Shown here: in pieces, positions 25,892 to 35,962 of the stretch | Position numbering within the stretch: the stretch's first letter is position 1 | Layout of the letters: each line of letters starts with the position of its first letter | NCBI GenBank assembly: GCA_951406725.2 | Contig: OX597816.1 | Coordinates: 101,432,001 to 101,496,000, forward strand | Origin: Octopus vulgaris | Taxonomy: Eukaryota | DNA length: 64,000 nucleotides | Direction of reading: 5' to 3' | Notes under the pieces: generated by a model | Seen by the model: the letters and a program-made list of their open reading frames with translations, nothing else | What the model was told of the DNA's origin: nothing | Databases searched by the model: none | Translations under genes and position numbers: made by a program

Positions 25892-25960
25892 GAATTTAGT
25901 TCTGTATCACCGTGATTTCACATTCAACTTACGTCTTATGATCATCAGCAGAACTGATTC
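25892..25960 (-). ncRNA. Type I hammerhead ribozyme motif (480-bp unit, copy 2)
   Basis: Identical to copy 1 and exactly 480 bp away. Confidence 0.87.
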
Positions 25961-26460
25961 TGAACACATCATAAATAAACTACCAACCTTACGTAGCGAA
26001 GACGAACAGACAACTGCTCACTCCGGCCAAGCACATGGAATGTTTATAAATCATATATCCGGTAAATGGCGGGTTTTTTACGAACTGCATGTCGGGTAAT
26101 AAAAAGTATTTCGGAATAAGTTTAACAATTAAGGATAACCTCTTAATAAGGGATCTTAACAAGAAATTATCGGGTAGTTAGCGTGAAAACCTCATAAAAG
26201 AAAAGAATTCGAATTCTTTTCTTTTATGAGGTTTTCACGCTAACTACCCGATAATTTCTTGTTAAGATCCCTTATTAAGAGGTTATCCTTAATTGTTAAA
26301 CTTATTCCGAAATACTTTTTATTACCCGACATGCAGTTCGTAAAAAACCCGCCATTTACCGGATATATGATTTATAAACATTCCATGTGCTTGGCCGGAG
26401 TGAGCAGTTGTCTGTTCGTCTTCGCTACGTAAGGTTGGTAGTTTATTTATGATGTGTTCA

Positions 26461-26529
26461 GAATCAGTTCTGCTGATGATCATAAGACGTAAGTTGAATG
26501 TGAAATCACGGTGATACAGAACTAAATTC
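26461..26529 (+). ncRNA. Type I hammerhead ribozyme motif (inverted arm, copy 3)
   Basis: AGTTCTG at 26466-72, CTGATGA at 26473-79, GAAA at 26502-05, TCACGGTGA, TA at 26515-16 and CAGAACT at 26517-23. Confidence 0.87.
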
Positions 26530-27385
26530 ATTTTTTAAATGTCTTGCTTTGAAAAACTGCATTTGGGTATGATTAGTATAATTTTGGTAGTAATGACTTT
26601 GTCCCTCTTAGTGTGAGGCATTTATGTGTAATAATGCCCTCTATACAATATAGATATATATAAAATATATATATACATTCACACATATCATCACATACAC
26701 ATATATATAAAAAACAGTCTTTCAAAAAAGTAAATAAATATTAATATATTTATATTTATATATGAGTGTGTACACGCAGACGGGTGCAAACACACGCACA
26801 TTCAAAACATTCATGTATACAAGTGCATAAATAATCCCACTCTATTACATAGCACTCATACACTCCCGCATCTACACTTGCACTTGTACACACGCACACA
26901 TGCATACACACCCATACCTACATATTCACGGACAATCTCCTAAATATCTATATAAACGTATATTATAACAGACAATACCCAAATAAAAACTGCCATGTTC
27001 AACATACCAAATAAAATACAAAGGGATCGTAAACATTCACACATACATACAAAACTCAATATATACACCACTAAATACACCCAATCATCCATTATAATAT
27101 ATCCTCAAATATACATATAACATATACATAATAAAAATACATAATAAAATAAAATAAATAAATAAGTAAATAAAATAAAATAAATCTAATATAAATTATT
27201 AAAGTTTTAACGTACCATAAACTGTTATATATTAATATACATTAAAAATGAACTAATTAAAACAAAGAAATATCAATTAAAGACTAACTATAATTAAAGA
27301 CTAAACTACATAACTAAAGATATATAATACTCTAAACTAAATTTAATATTAAACTAAAGTAACCTTTAATAGGGAACTATTATTA

Positions 27386-28798
27386 TTATTTATCAAGAAA
27401 CTTATTATATAGGTAAAGTAACCTATGTCTGCATTTTATTTTGCGCTCTTCACCTGTATTAAGTAAATTATCATACTTATAAAATAAAATTTCTTTAAAC
27501 TCATTAGAGCATAAATAACAACAATTCGCTCCTATAGTATATGATTTAGTTTTACAAATTATTTCCCAAATTAAACTATAATTAATATTTTGTGATTTAA
27601 GTCTCCAAATGTACTTACTAAGTCCAGTTGAGCTGATTAAGTTTTTATTTTTAAAAGAATTCATATGTTGTGCGATTCTTAATTTTATTTTTGAGGAAGT
27701 AGACCCTATATAAACCGTTTTTGGGTAATTATTATTCTTAAAGTTATTATCATGTAATGTAACTATACATTTATACACTACATCGTTAATATCACAATTA
27801 TTATTTAATATACATTTAGATTTATCTCTACAAGTACAATTAATATAAGTCTTATCATTATTATTATTATTATCAAATAATTTATTATTATAAAAATTAT
27901 TCAGTTTAAATTTATTAAATGAAGAAATAATGTTACCTACATTATTAGTGGTGGAATAACCTACTCCAAACTTATTACTCGAGAAACTGTTTCTATATTT
28001 ACGATTATCTCTAATAAATAGTTCTATAACATCTAAAATCTCTTTGATAATATTCGTTTTTACTTGATCACCATAAGGAACTATTAACCAAATTTTATTC
28101 TTATTAACCTTATTATTATTGTCATTATTATAAATATATTTATAATTCTTTATCTTATTAAAAGTATTATCAGAATTATATCTATGTACAGCATTTAAGG
28201 AATTATTAATATTATTAATTTTATCAATATTATTATTATAATTATTATTAAATTTATTTTTATTTTTATTATTCTTATTTTTATTATTATTATTATTATT
28301 TTTACTCTTATTTTTATTTTTATCATTTTTATTATTATTTTTATAATATCTATTATTTTTACCACTAATACTAACAAAATTATAATTATTATTATAAGTA
28401 TCTCGAAAATTATCATTTAAATCTTTATCACTAATATTATAAAATTTAATATTCCTATTATAACCTGCCCCTCTAAGGGCCTCATTATAATAATTAGCAT
28501 GTTTATTAAAAATCTCCATATCATAAGAGAGTAATGAAATACGTTTACTTATATTATTAATCAACGATTTTTTAATAGAAATTGGGTGATTACTATTAAC
28601 ATTTATATATCTAAGGTTCTCATTAAGTTTATGATATGGTTGTGTTTTACCTGTAATTAGATTAAAATTAACATCTAAATAATTAACATTATAATTCTCC
28701 TTATATATAGTAATACTTAAACCATATCTTTTAAAGAAACTATATATTTTTTTCTTATATCCTTCTAGATTCCTATTAGTACAATTCTTTGTAACTAG
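27386..28798 (-). CDS. 5'-truncated Penelope-like polyprotein: RT C-terminus/thumb, Asn/Lys-rich linker, Cys linker and GIY-YIG endonuclease
   Basis: The frame stays open upstream of the tracked ORF to the pLTR junction (YGLSITI..VNYLDVNFNL..PYHKLN..YINVNSNHP). It then has CTCRDKSKC.LNNNC, VVY...YIGST...R...H, LSKYIW, CYLC..E, LLN and CRH. The catalytic YxDD motif is lost by truncation. Confidence 0.9.
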   Translation of the reverse strand, partial: LVTKNCTNRNLEGYKKKIYSFFKRYGLSITIYKENYNVNYLDVNFNLITGKTQPYHKLNENLRYINVNSNHPISIKKSLINNISKRISLLSYDMEIFNKHANYYNEALRGAGYNRNIKFYNISDKDLNDNFRDTYNNNYNFVSISGKNNRYYKNNNKNDKNKNKSKNNNNNNKNKNNKNKNKFNNNYNNNIDKINNINNSLNAVHRYNSDNTFNKIKNYKYIYNNDNNNKVNKNKIWLIVPYGDQVKTNIIKEILDVIELFIRDNRKYRNSFSSNKFGVGYSTTNNVGNIISSFNKFKLNNFYNNKLFDNNNNNDKTYINCTCRDKSKCILNNNCDINDVVYKCIVTLHDNNFKNNNYPKTVYIGSTSSKIKLRIAQHMNSFKNKNLISSTGLSKYIWRLKSQNINYSLIWEIICKTKSYTIGANCCYLCSNEFKEILFYKYDNLLNTGEERKIKCRHRLLYLYNKFLDK

Positions 28799-29534
28799 TG
28801 TTTATGTATGTGTGAATGTGTGTGTGTGTGTGATTGTTTGCGTAATTTATTTATCTGTATAGATGTGGGTGTGAATATATTGGTGTATATATCGAGTTCT
28901 GTATGTATGTATATGTATGTGTGAGCGGGTATATGTATATTGTTTATGAATGTGGGTTGTATGTGTGTGTGAGGGAGTATGAATAAGTAATGTGTTGAAG
29001 TATTTGGCTATTTTATTTATTTATCGTTGCCTAGACGTTTTTATGTGTATGTATAGGGATATATATATAGGTGTGTGAGTTAGTGTATGTATTTAGATAT
29101 GGTTATATATACTTAGTTATATGTGTTTGCGTATGTGTGTATATATAGTTTATTTTTATTTTGTTTTATATTTAATTGTTGATAGGGTTTATTTTAGATT
29201 ATATATTGATTATATATGGATTATATATAGGTTATATATAGATTATATATTTATATTTTTTCATTGATACTTTTATTATTTTAAAATTATTTTTTAAACT
29301 TATATTTTAGATCGGAAATCCACCTGAAGATTGTCATTTGAAGACATGAAACAATTGTAGTGGCGGTTTTATTACTTTTATTAAAATTTTATGTATTGAT
29401 TAAGTCTTTCCTTGTTTGTTTTGCAAAATAGTGGTTTTGTCTCTAATTAATATTATATAATATTTTACTATAAAATTGGATTTAATCCTAAATCTGATTT
29501 TTTTCCTGTAAATTTGGATTTATTCCCTAATATT

Positions 29535-29540
<6 letters not shown>
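28797..29540 (+). repeat. Inverted pseudo-LTR at the 5' truncation point, with about 80 bp of extra 3' tail
   Basis: Reverse complement of 22921-23604, then unique sequence at 29460-29540 before (TA)n. Confidence 0.9.
29320..29363 (+). ncRNA. Type I hammerhead ribozyme motif (pLTR copy 2)
   Basis: CCAC-CTGAAGA-TTGTCATTTGAAGACAT-GAAA-CAATTG-TA-GTGG. Confidence 0.85.
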
Positions 29541-29612
<72 letters not shown>

Positions 29613-29879
29613 AATATATATATTATATATATAGATATATATATTATATATATATATATATTCTCTTATATGCACTTAGACACATATATGTGGGTATGCG
29701 TACGCGCATGTGTATGTATGGACATGCACTCATACGCGTTCGCCGTGAGCATATTTACACCTTTACTTTTTATTCTCATTGCTTATCGTTTACACTTACT
29801 TACACATTTTCTGTATTTTGCCTTTAGCCCTGTTTTTTCATGTGCATATGCGTATATTGACGTGCGTATGAACCGTTTT

Positions 29880-29917
<38 letters not shown>

Positions 29918-30220
29918 CGTGTTTGCTGGTATGTATATATTTTTATTTTTTGGCAAATGTGTGAGCATGTGTATGTTTCAGGTGAAGGTGGATGAGTATA
30001 TATATATAGGCGCATGTACGTAGGTGTGCGGGCGCGCAAGTGTACTATGAACATGCACGCTTACGCGATTACTATGAACATTTTTACTCCCTTACCTTTA
30101 CTCCCTCCCCTTACTTAGCGGTCATTTTAATAGCACTTTTGTCTTAATAACGGTCAATCACACAGTAATTTCCCTTTGTTTAACGCTCATTTTAATAGCA
30201 TTTTTTTTCTTGGATGGCCC

Positions 30221-30281
30221 GATAACTGAAGAGATGCCGGCGTGGGTTTCCGCCCCGACATCCGAAACTCGGAGTGTTATC
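30221..30281 (+). ncRNA. Hammerhead-like motif, probably inactive (G at the cleavage position)
   Basis: GAUAA-CUGAAGA-GAUGCCGG...CCGACAUCC-GAAA-CUC(G)GAG-UG-UUAUC. Confidence 0.6.
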
Positions 30282-30811
30282 ATGGCTAGCAAAAAATTGT
30301 CACATATTATATTTACAGATATATATATATATGAGTAGCAAAATACCTTGAGACTGGAATTAGTAAAATAGTAAAACAAAATATTTCTAGTTACAAACGA
30401 AGTCTTGAATGTCTTCTCCACTAGGTATTATTCAATCAATTTCTTAGAATATTCTGAAAGATTACCATATTACGTTACTCTACGAATGTGTACAACCAAA
30501 ACCTATTGTTTATCTCCAACTTCACATCCGGTTAATACTGTCTTTGTAATGTTACATGATATTATAAAATCAAGTAAGACTGTTTATTTGCTTTTGCATA
30601 TCCGGTTCACACAGGAGTGTTTATTTCTTTGTGCCATTATGCATCATAAAGATATTTCAATCAGGATACAAGATTAGTTGTGATATTTGTGCCTTTCCCA
30701 AAAGACATTAGTGATATAAATGAATGGATGTAGCTGCTGGTAGCATTTGAAATATGCTGAACTATATTTGTTGTTTTTTTTTGTTTGTTTGTTTTTTGTT
30801 ATTCTTCGTGT

Positions 30812-31050
30812 GTGGAAGCGCGTGGCTTAGTGGTTAGGGTGTCAGCATCATGATCGTAAGATTGTGGTTTTGATTCTTGGACCGGGCGATGCGTTGCGTT
30901 CTTGAGCAAAACACTTCATTTCACATTGCTCCACTCAGCTGGCAAAAATGAGTAACGCTGCGATGGACTGGCGTCCCGTCCACCTGGGGAACACATACGC
31001 CATAGAAACCGTAAAACTGGGCCCATGAGCCTGGCTAGGCTTTAAAAGGG
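30812..31050 (+). mobile_element. tRNA-derived SINE
   Basis: A box TGGCTTAGTGG and a degenerate B box. Its tail GCGATGGACTGGCGTCCCGTCC...TAGGCTTTAAAAGGG is shared with the next element. Confidence 0.8.
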
Positions 31051-31054
31051 AGCA

Positions 31055-31360
31055 GTGGAGGCGCAATGGCCCACTGGTTAGGGCAGCGGACTCGCGGTCG
31101 GAGGATCGCGGTTTCGATTCCCAGACCGGGCGTTGTGTGTGTTTATTGAGCGAAAACACCTAAAGGCTCCACGACGCTCCGGCAGGGGATGGTGGCGACC
31201 CCTGTTTTACTCTTTCGCCACAACTTTCTCTCATTCTCTCTTTCTGTTTCTTAAGTAACGCTGCGATGGACTGGCGTCCCGTCCAGCTAGACGGAACACA
31301 TACGCCACACAAACCAGGAAACCGGGCCCATGAGCCTGACTAGGCTTGAAAAGGGCGACG
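31055..31360 (+). mobile_element. tRNA-derived SINE (different head, same tail)
   Basis: A box TGGCCCACTGG, B box GGTTTCGATTCCC and the same 3' tail as 30812-31050. Confidence 0.8.
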
Positions 31361-32460
31361 TTTATCGTTTATTCTTGTTTTAGTTGTTCTTAATTTTATT
31401 GCTGTTGTTAGTTTTGTTGTTGTTGTCGCTGTTGAGCTCATTTCCGGGGCATTCGAGCTGTAACTACGGAGTTCATTATTTAAGGTGTCTTTAGTTACCT
31501 TTTTTTTTAAAAATCTGCAATATGGGATTTAAGGAAAACCTGGCTGGTGTTTCTACATCATCCACAGATGTTTTAACGTTTCATAAGATGACACAGAGGC
31601 TATATGGCATTTTAAAACTTTCTTAGGCAACATCATAAGGGTAGCTTGTCTAGGTGTATGCATACAGTTTTCGTGTTCAGTTTGAACTTCTACATTGTGA
31701 CATTAAGGTTAGACTTGGGCGAAAAGTGTGTTCCGACGGAAGTGTTTAATAAGAGCTCTGCGCGGAGAAATGTTATGTAATTCCACCGTATTCTATTATT
31801 TAAAAAAAAATCAATGTGTATAGATGTGAGAAAAATACTGTATAGATGACAGTTACAGTGAGTAGAAATAATAGAGATGTTCGTAAGAGATGCAAAAGAA
31901 ACCTCTCGAATAAAAACATAGTAAAACAAAGAATATCAGTCTTGAAATGTTATAAAAACATTGCTTTTCGGCGCTAACATCTAATTTTACTCCAAGCAGA
32001 TGTTGAACAGTGAATGCTGTACCACACTCACATACACATTCACACACACACACACACACCTTACGAAGAATATTATCCTGGTATATGTGATGGTGTGCTT
32101 TTCTAGTTCACTGCTTATCACTGACGCACACCATTTGTCGATAATCTCCGTTGTTTGGCTGAATTTTAAACTGCTGTCGAATTCTTTATTCTTTTTGATG
32201 GTCTTATTGCTTTTGTTGTTGTTATTGTTGTTGTTCTTTTTTGGGGGGGTGACGAGGACGACGACGACGATGATGATGATGATATAATTTACTCTTCCCT
32301 ACAAATATTACTCATGTTACTAAACCGACATCAAAATGATGCTTATCTTCGACATGAATTTCATGCATAAATGTATGTGTGAGTGGGTATGTGCATATTT
32401 ACCAATGTATGCGTGTGTGCGCACGTATGTATAGAGACAGAGAGACAGACAGACAGACAT

Positions 32461-32547
<87 letters not shown>

Positions 32548-32548
<1 letters not shown>

Positions 32549-33922
32549 CTTTCATTACTGGCCACACAGGGCTGAACACAGAGGGGACAAATATAAATGT
32601 AGAGCTATTCTTTTTGAAAATGAAAAAAAGAAAAAGGGGAAAAATGAGAAAAAAATTGTATAATTTCGATCAAAAGGGATCGGGAAAAAAAAAGACGATC
32701 AAAAGGATCGTGTATCACAGAAGAATTTTAAAAATGTAAAAAGCAAGGTTAGGTTTATCCGTGGAAAGAAAAGCCTACGGAAAAGACCGCGGTAACCTCA
32801 GGCAGGGAGGGGATAAACACATGAGAGCAAAGTGCTCTCTCTCTCTCTCTTTTTTCGATTTACATGATCGTGCTCAAAGTGGTTTCGTCACTCGCACGCA
32901 CCATCTTTGCTACATTCATACCCCTTTTTTTTTTAACTTTCACGAGACAAAACCTGCCTCTCCATTCTCACCTTCCTTTTCAAGTGGTACTTGAAAAAGT
33001 TGATGAGCAATTGGCCAGAGAGATAAGTGTTTGTCTCTAATCCTTTCGCTCGAGTTCACCACACACATTATTTCACCATGGCCACCAGTACGATGAAGAC
33101 TGCATTGCCTTCCGGGTTGAGGGAAGGTGGCGGAGCAATTTTCCCGATAGGCGGACTCGTCCCACACGTGACAACAGTCGTTCGGCATAAGCCCACAGAT
33201 CCGAAATGGTTGGACACTGCACGAGTGCGTGCAGAACGGTTTCGTCGCTCTGACCTCATCTCGGGCAAGTCTGTCCGGTGTGTCTCGAACCGTGCCTGTA
33301 GAGCTTTTCCCGAACAGGTAATGCTTCTCGATAGCACTGCCAGACCAGGGATTTTTGGTGATTGTCCATAGGTCCCGGCTCAAAAATTGTCCTGAACAGG
33401 CGGGCCAGGTGTTCATCGTCAACGGCCACATTCTGCCCGAGAACGTCGTCGCACCTCTCCTCCATTAATCCACTATAGAACGCCTTTGTTGTAATGAAGT
33501 TGCACAAGTTTGGTCCCGGGCGGCAGAGTTACTTGAGAGCAACGCAACACTCGCGGCGCCATTCGCCTCTGTTTAATCACGACTGCAGTTCGGCCAAGGA
33601 GACGAGCTGCGAGAAACCGCGCCGCACAAAAGGCGACCACACCTGTTCACCGTCGTCTATGAAGCATCGGAGGTGTTGCAGTCTCAGCGCATGTCTGCGC
33701 ACCATCAAACACGGCATGCCCAGCCCTCCATTTAGCGGGTGTTGACAGCAAATGGATCGCCTAACCATCGGAACTCTTCCCTTTCACAAGAAGCGGAAGA
33801 GTATGCGTTCCAGTTTGGTGATGGTAGAGTCAGTACAGGGCACGACGAACAGATGGTACTCGATGACAGATGTGATGTACGCGTTCGCCACCTCCGCCTG
33901 ACCTTTTAGGAATATGCAGCGT
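32548..33922 (-). mobile_element. Tx1/L1-like LINE 3' fragment (decayed ORF2 C-terminus and 3' UTR)
   Basis: CCQHPLNGGLGMP, SLVWQCYREALPVREKL and CPR..ETVLHALVQC (zf-RVT-type) in broken frames. The 3' end abuts (GATA)n at 32462-32547. Confidence 0.8.
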
Positions 33923-34719
33923 CGCTGAATGACAGCTGTATTAACGTTATCATACCACTGCCACTTCATATTTGTCACTTACACATCTCTGGTCTCCCCT
34001 TCCTTGATATCAGTCACTCTCCCTATGCCACCACATTTCCCTCAAACTAACACTCTTTTTATCCAAAAATTACCCAACAGACCATTACAGATTTATAGCT
34101 TATAAGATAAGATGCAGTAGTTGGTGAGAGCCAAATAAGTTCAGTATAGATAACGCAGAGTAGTGCTCACATGAATGTGAAATTATTGTCCAACTTCTTC
34201 ATCTAATGCAAGGCTCACAGCATCGTGATTGGCTAGAAGAGAAATCTAAATGGATCTGTTATGGACTTATTAAGGTATATGAACACAGTTAGACTTGATA
34301 CATATATTTATATGGAGCATAAAACATAAATTACCAGATGAAGAAAAAATATATATATAGGAACATTATGTGATGTAATATCGACACCTGTTTCAAGAAA
34401 CCAATACTTACGTAATAACTACAAATCACAGATGATATGCGCATAATATCGTAGTTATGCAACCAGCGATAAGTCTATGTGGAATTATTACAACAAATCT
34501 GGCTTCTCTTTTCAAGAGAAGATTGGTAACTGCGAATCGTTTAGTAGTGCTTACAAATATAAAGGTTTTAAGGTAGAGAGAGAACGGATGAATACATACA
34601 AACACACACGCGCACACACACACATATATATATATACAAATATATATATACATATATACATACATATATATATATTTTTTTATATATATTTATACATTAT
34701 ATATTTTAAATTATACATA

Positions 34720-35936
34720 CAGGGGTTGAACAAAATAATGGAAACACATTAAAATTTCAAACAAATTTAATTTAGTATGGGGTAGGACCACCTTTGGCAA
34801 TAATTACAGCTTGAATTCTTCGAAGTATCGACTCGTACAAAGTTTGAATTGTTTCCAATGGATTTTTTGTCCATTCTACAGTTAAAACAGTCTCCAGTCG
34901 ATGTAGTGATGATGGTGGAGGATACCGACTCATTTGTTTTTCTAAAATGCACCATAAATGTTCAATAATATTGATATCTGGGGATTGTGGTGGTCAGATA
35001 AGATATTCAACTTCACTAGAATGTTCCTCGTGCCATTCAGTAACAATTTTAGCAGTGTGAATTGGTGCGTTATCATCCTGAAAGATTGCGTTTCTCTCTG
35101 GAAACAGTTCCACAACCATAGGATGAATTTGGTTAAATAAAATGCTTAAAAAGTCTTGACTATTAATTCTGCCGTGAAAGGAAACCATTGGGCCGGCGGA
35201 TTTCCAAGATATAGCCACCACCACCTCCTCATCATCACAGATCCTCCTCCATGTTTAACAGTCGCAAGAAGGCAGTCTGGTCAAATTCTTTCAGTCGGCG
35301 GACAGAAATAAGATAAAAGATGACTCGTCCCAGATAATAACATTCTTCCACTGCTCTAGGGACCAATTCTATAGATTTTTACTCCACTCTAAACGCTTTG
35401 CAACGTTTGTTTTGAAAGTAGTGGTTTTCTGATTGCAGCCCTCCCGTGAAATTCGACTTTGTACAGCTCCCTGCGAGCAGTTTTTGTGGAAACTGGGTTC
35501 TCGAGGTGGTTATTAAGCTCTGCAGTAATTCTGGGAGCTCTACTTTTGTGATCTTTTCTAACAATTTGTATAAAATCCGACGGTCCCTATCTGAAAGTTT
35601 TGGTTTTTTTCTGGAGTTTTGTTTCGACGAAGAGGTTTTTCTCTCTTTCCCAAAAGCCGTCATTACTTTTGTGACAGTACTTCTTGATACATTTTGGCTG
35701 TTTTCGTGATGCTAGCGCCTGCCATACGAACACCAATAATTTGACCTCTTTGAATTTTAATTATCTTTTTCTGATGATATCTGAAAAGAAACAGCAATTT
35801 TAGCAAAATATATTAAGCAACACTAATAATAAATAAAAAAAAACATAAAAATAAACAATCTTTTGACGGTTTTATAGATATTTCAAAATTATGATGCTAT
35901 GATGCTAGGTGTTTCCATCATTTTGTCCAAAACCTG
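34720..35936 (-). mobile_element. Tc1/mariner DNA transposon, full span, with a decayed transposase
   Basis: TIRs CAGGGGTTGAACAAAATAATGGAAACAC and GTGTTTCCATCATTTTGTCCAAAACCTG, with TA on both sides. Transposase fragments include KPKLSDRDRR, DESSF and FQDDNAPIHTA. Confidence 0.92.
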
Positions 35937-35962
35937 TATGTGCGTGTTTGTATGTACAAGAT

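Larger units (their letters stand above)
25154..26658. mobile_element. Non-coding 480-bp HHR-bearing tandem repeat (about 2.2 units) plus an inverted arm; retrozyme-like non-autonomous PLE derivative
   Basis: Units start near 25154, 25635 and 26115. The inversion point is GAATTC|GAATTC (26210/26211), and 26211-26658 mirrors 25765-26210. TA tracts lie at both ends and there are three HHR copies. Confidence 0.88.
22921..29540 (-). mobile_element. Penelope-like retroelement (Naiad-like), 5'-truncated, with an inverted pseudo-LTR, inserted in (TA)n
   Basis: RT-thumb plus GIY-YIG ORF at 27386-28798. Inverted repeats of about 680 bp (22921-23604 and 28797-29459) each contain an HHR. (TA)n lies at both outer ends. 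Confidence 0.9.

Noticed and set aside
25154-26210. CRISPR-like or satellite interpretation of the tandem repeat
   Set aside because: The units are 480 bp with no unique spacers, in a eukaryotic context. The ribozyme content and inversion fit a PLE-related origin.
25410-26531. Three repeated 69-79 aa ORFs (MNLVLYHRDF...)
   Set aside because: They are antisense to the hammerhead and recur only because the unit is repeated. No domain is recognisable.
27386-28798. Selenocysteine recoding, reported for some Naiad elements
   Set aside because: The retained ORF has no in-frame TGA and its Cys motifs use Cys codons. I identified no SECIS element.
30812-31130. tRNA genes
   Set aside because: A and B boxes are present, but there is no complete cloverleaf and each continues into a SINE body.
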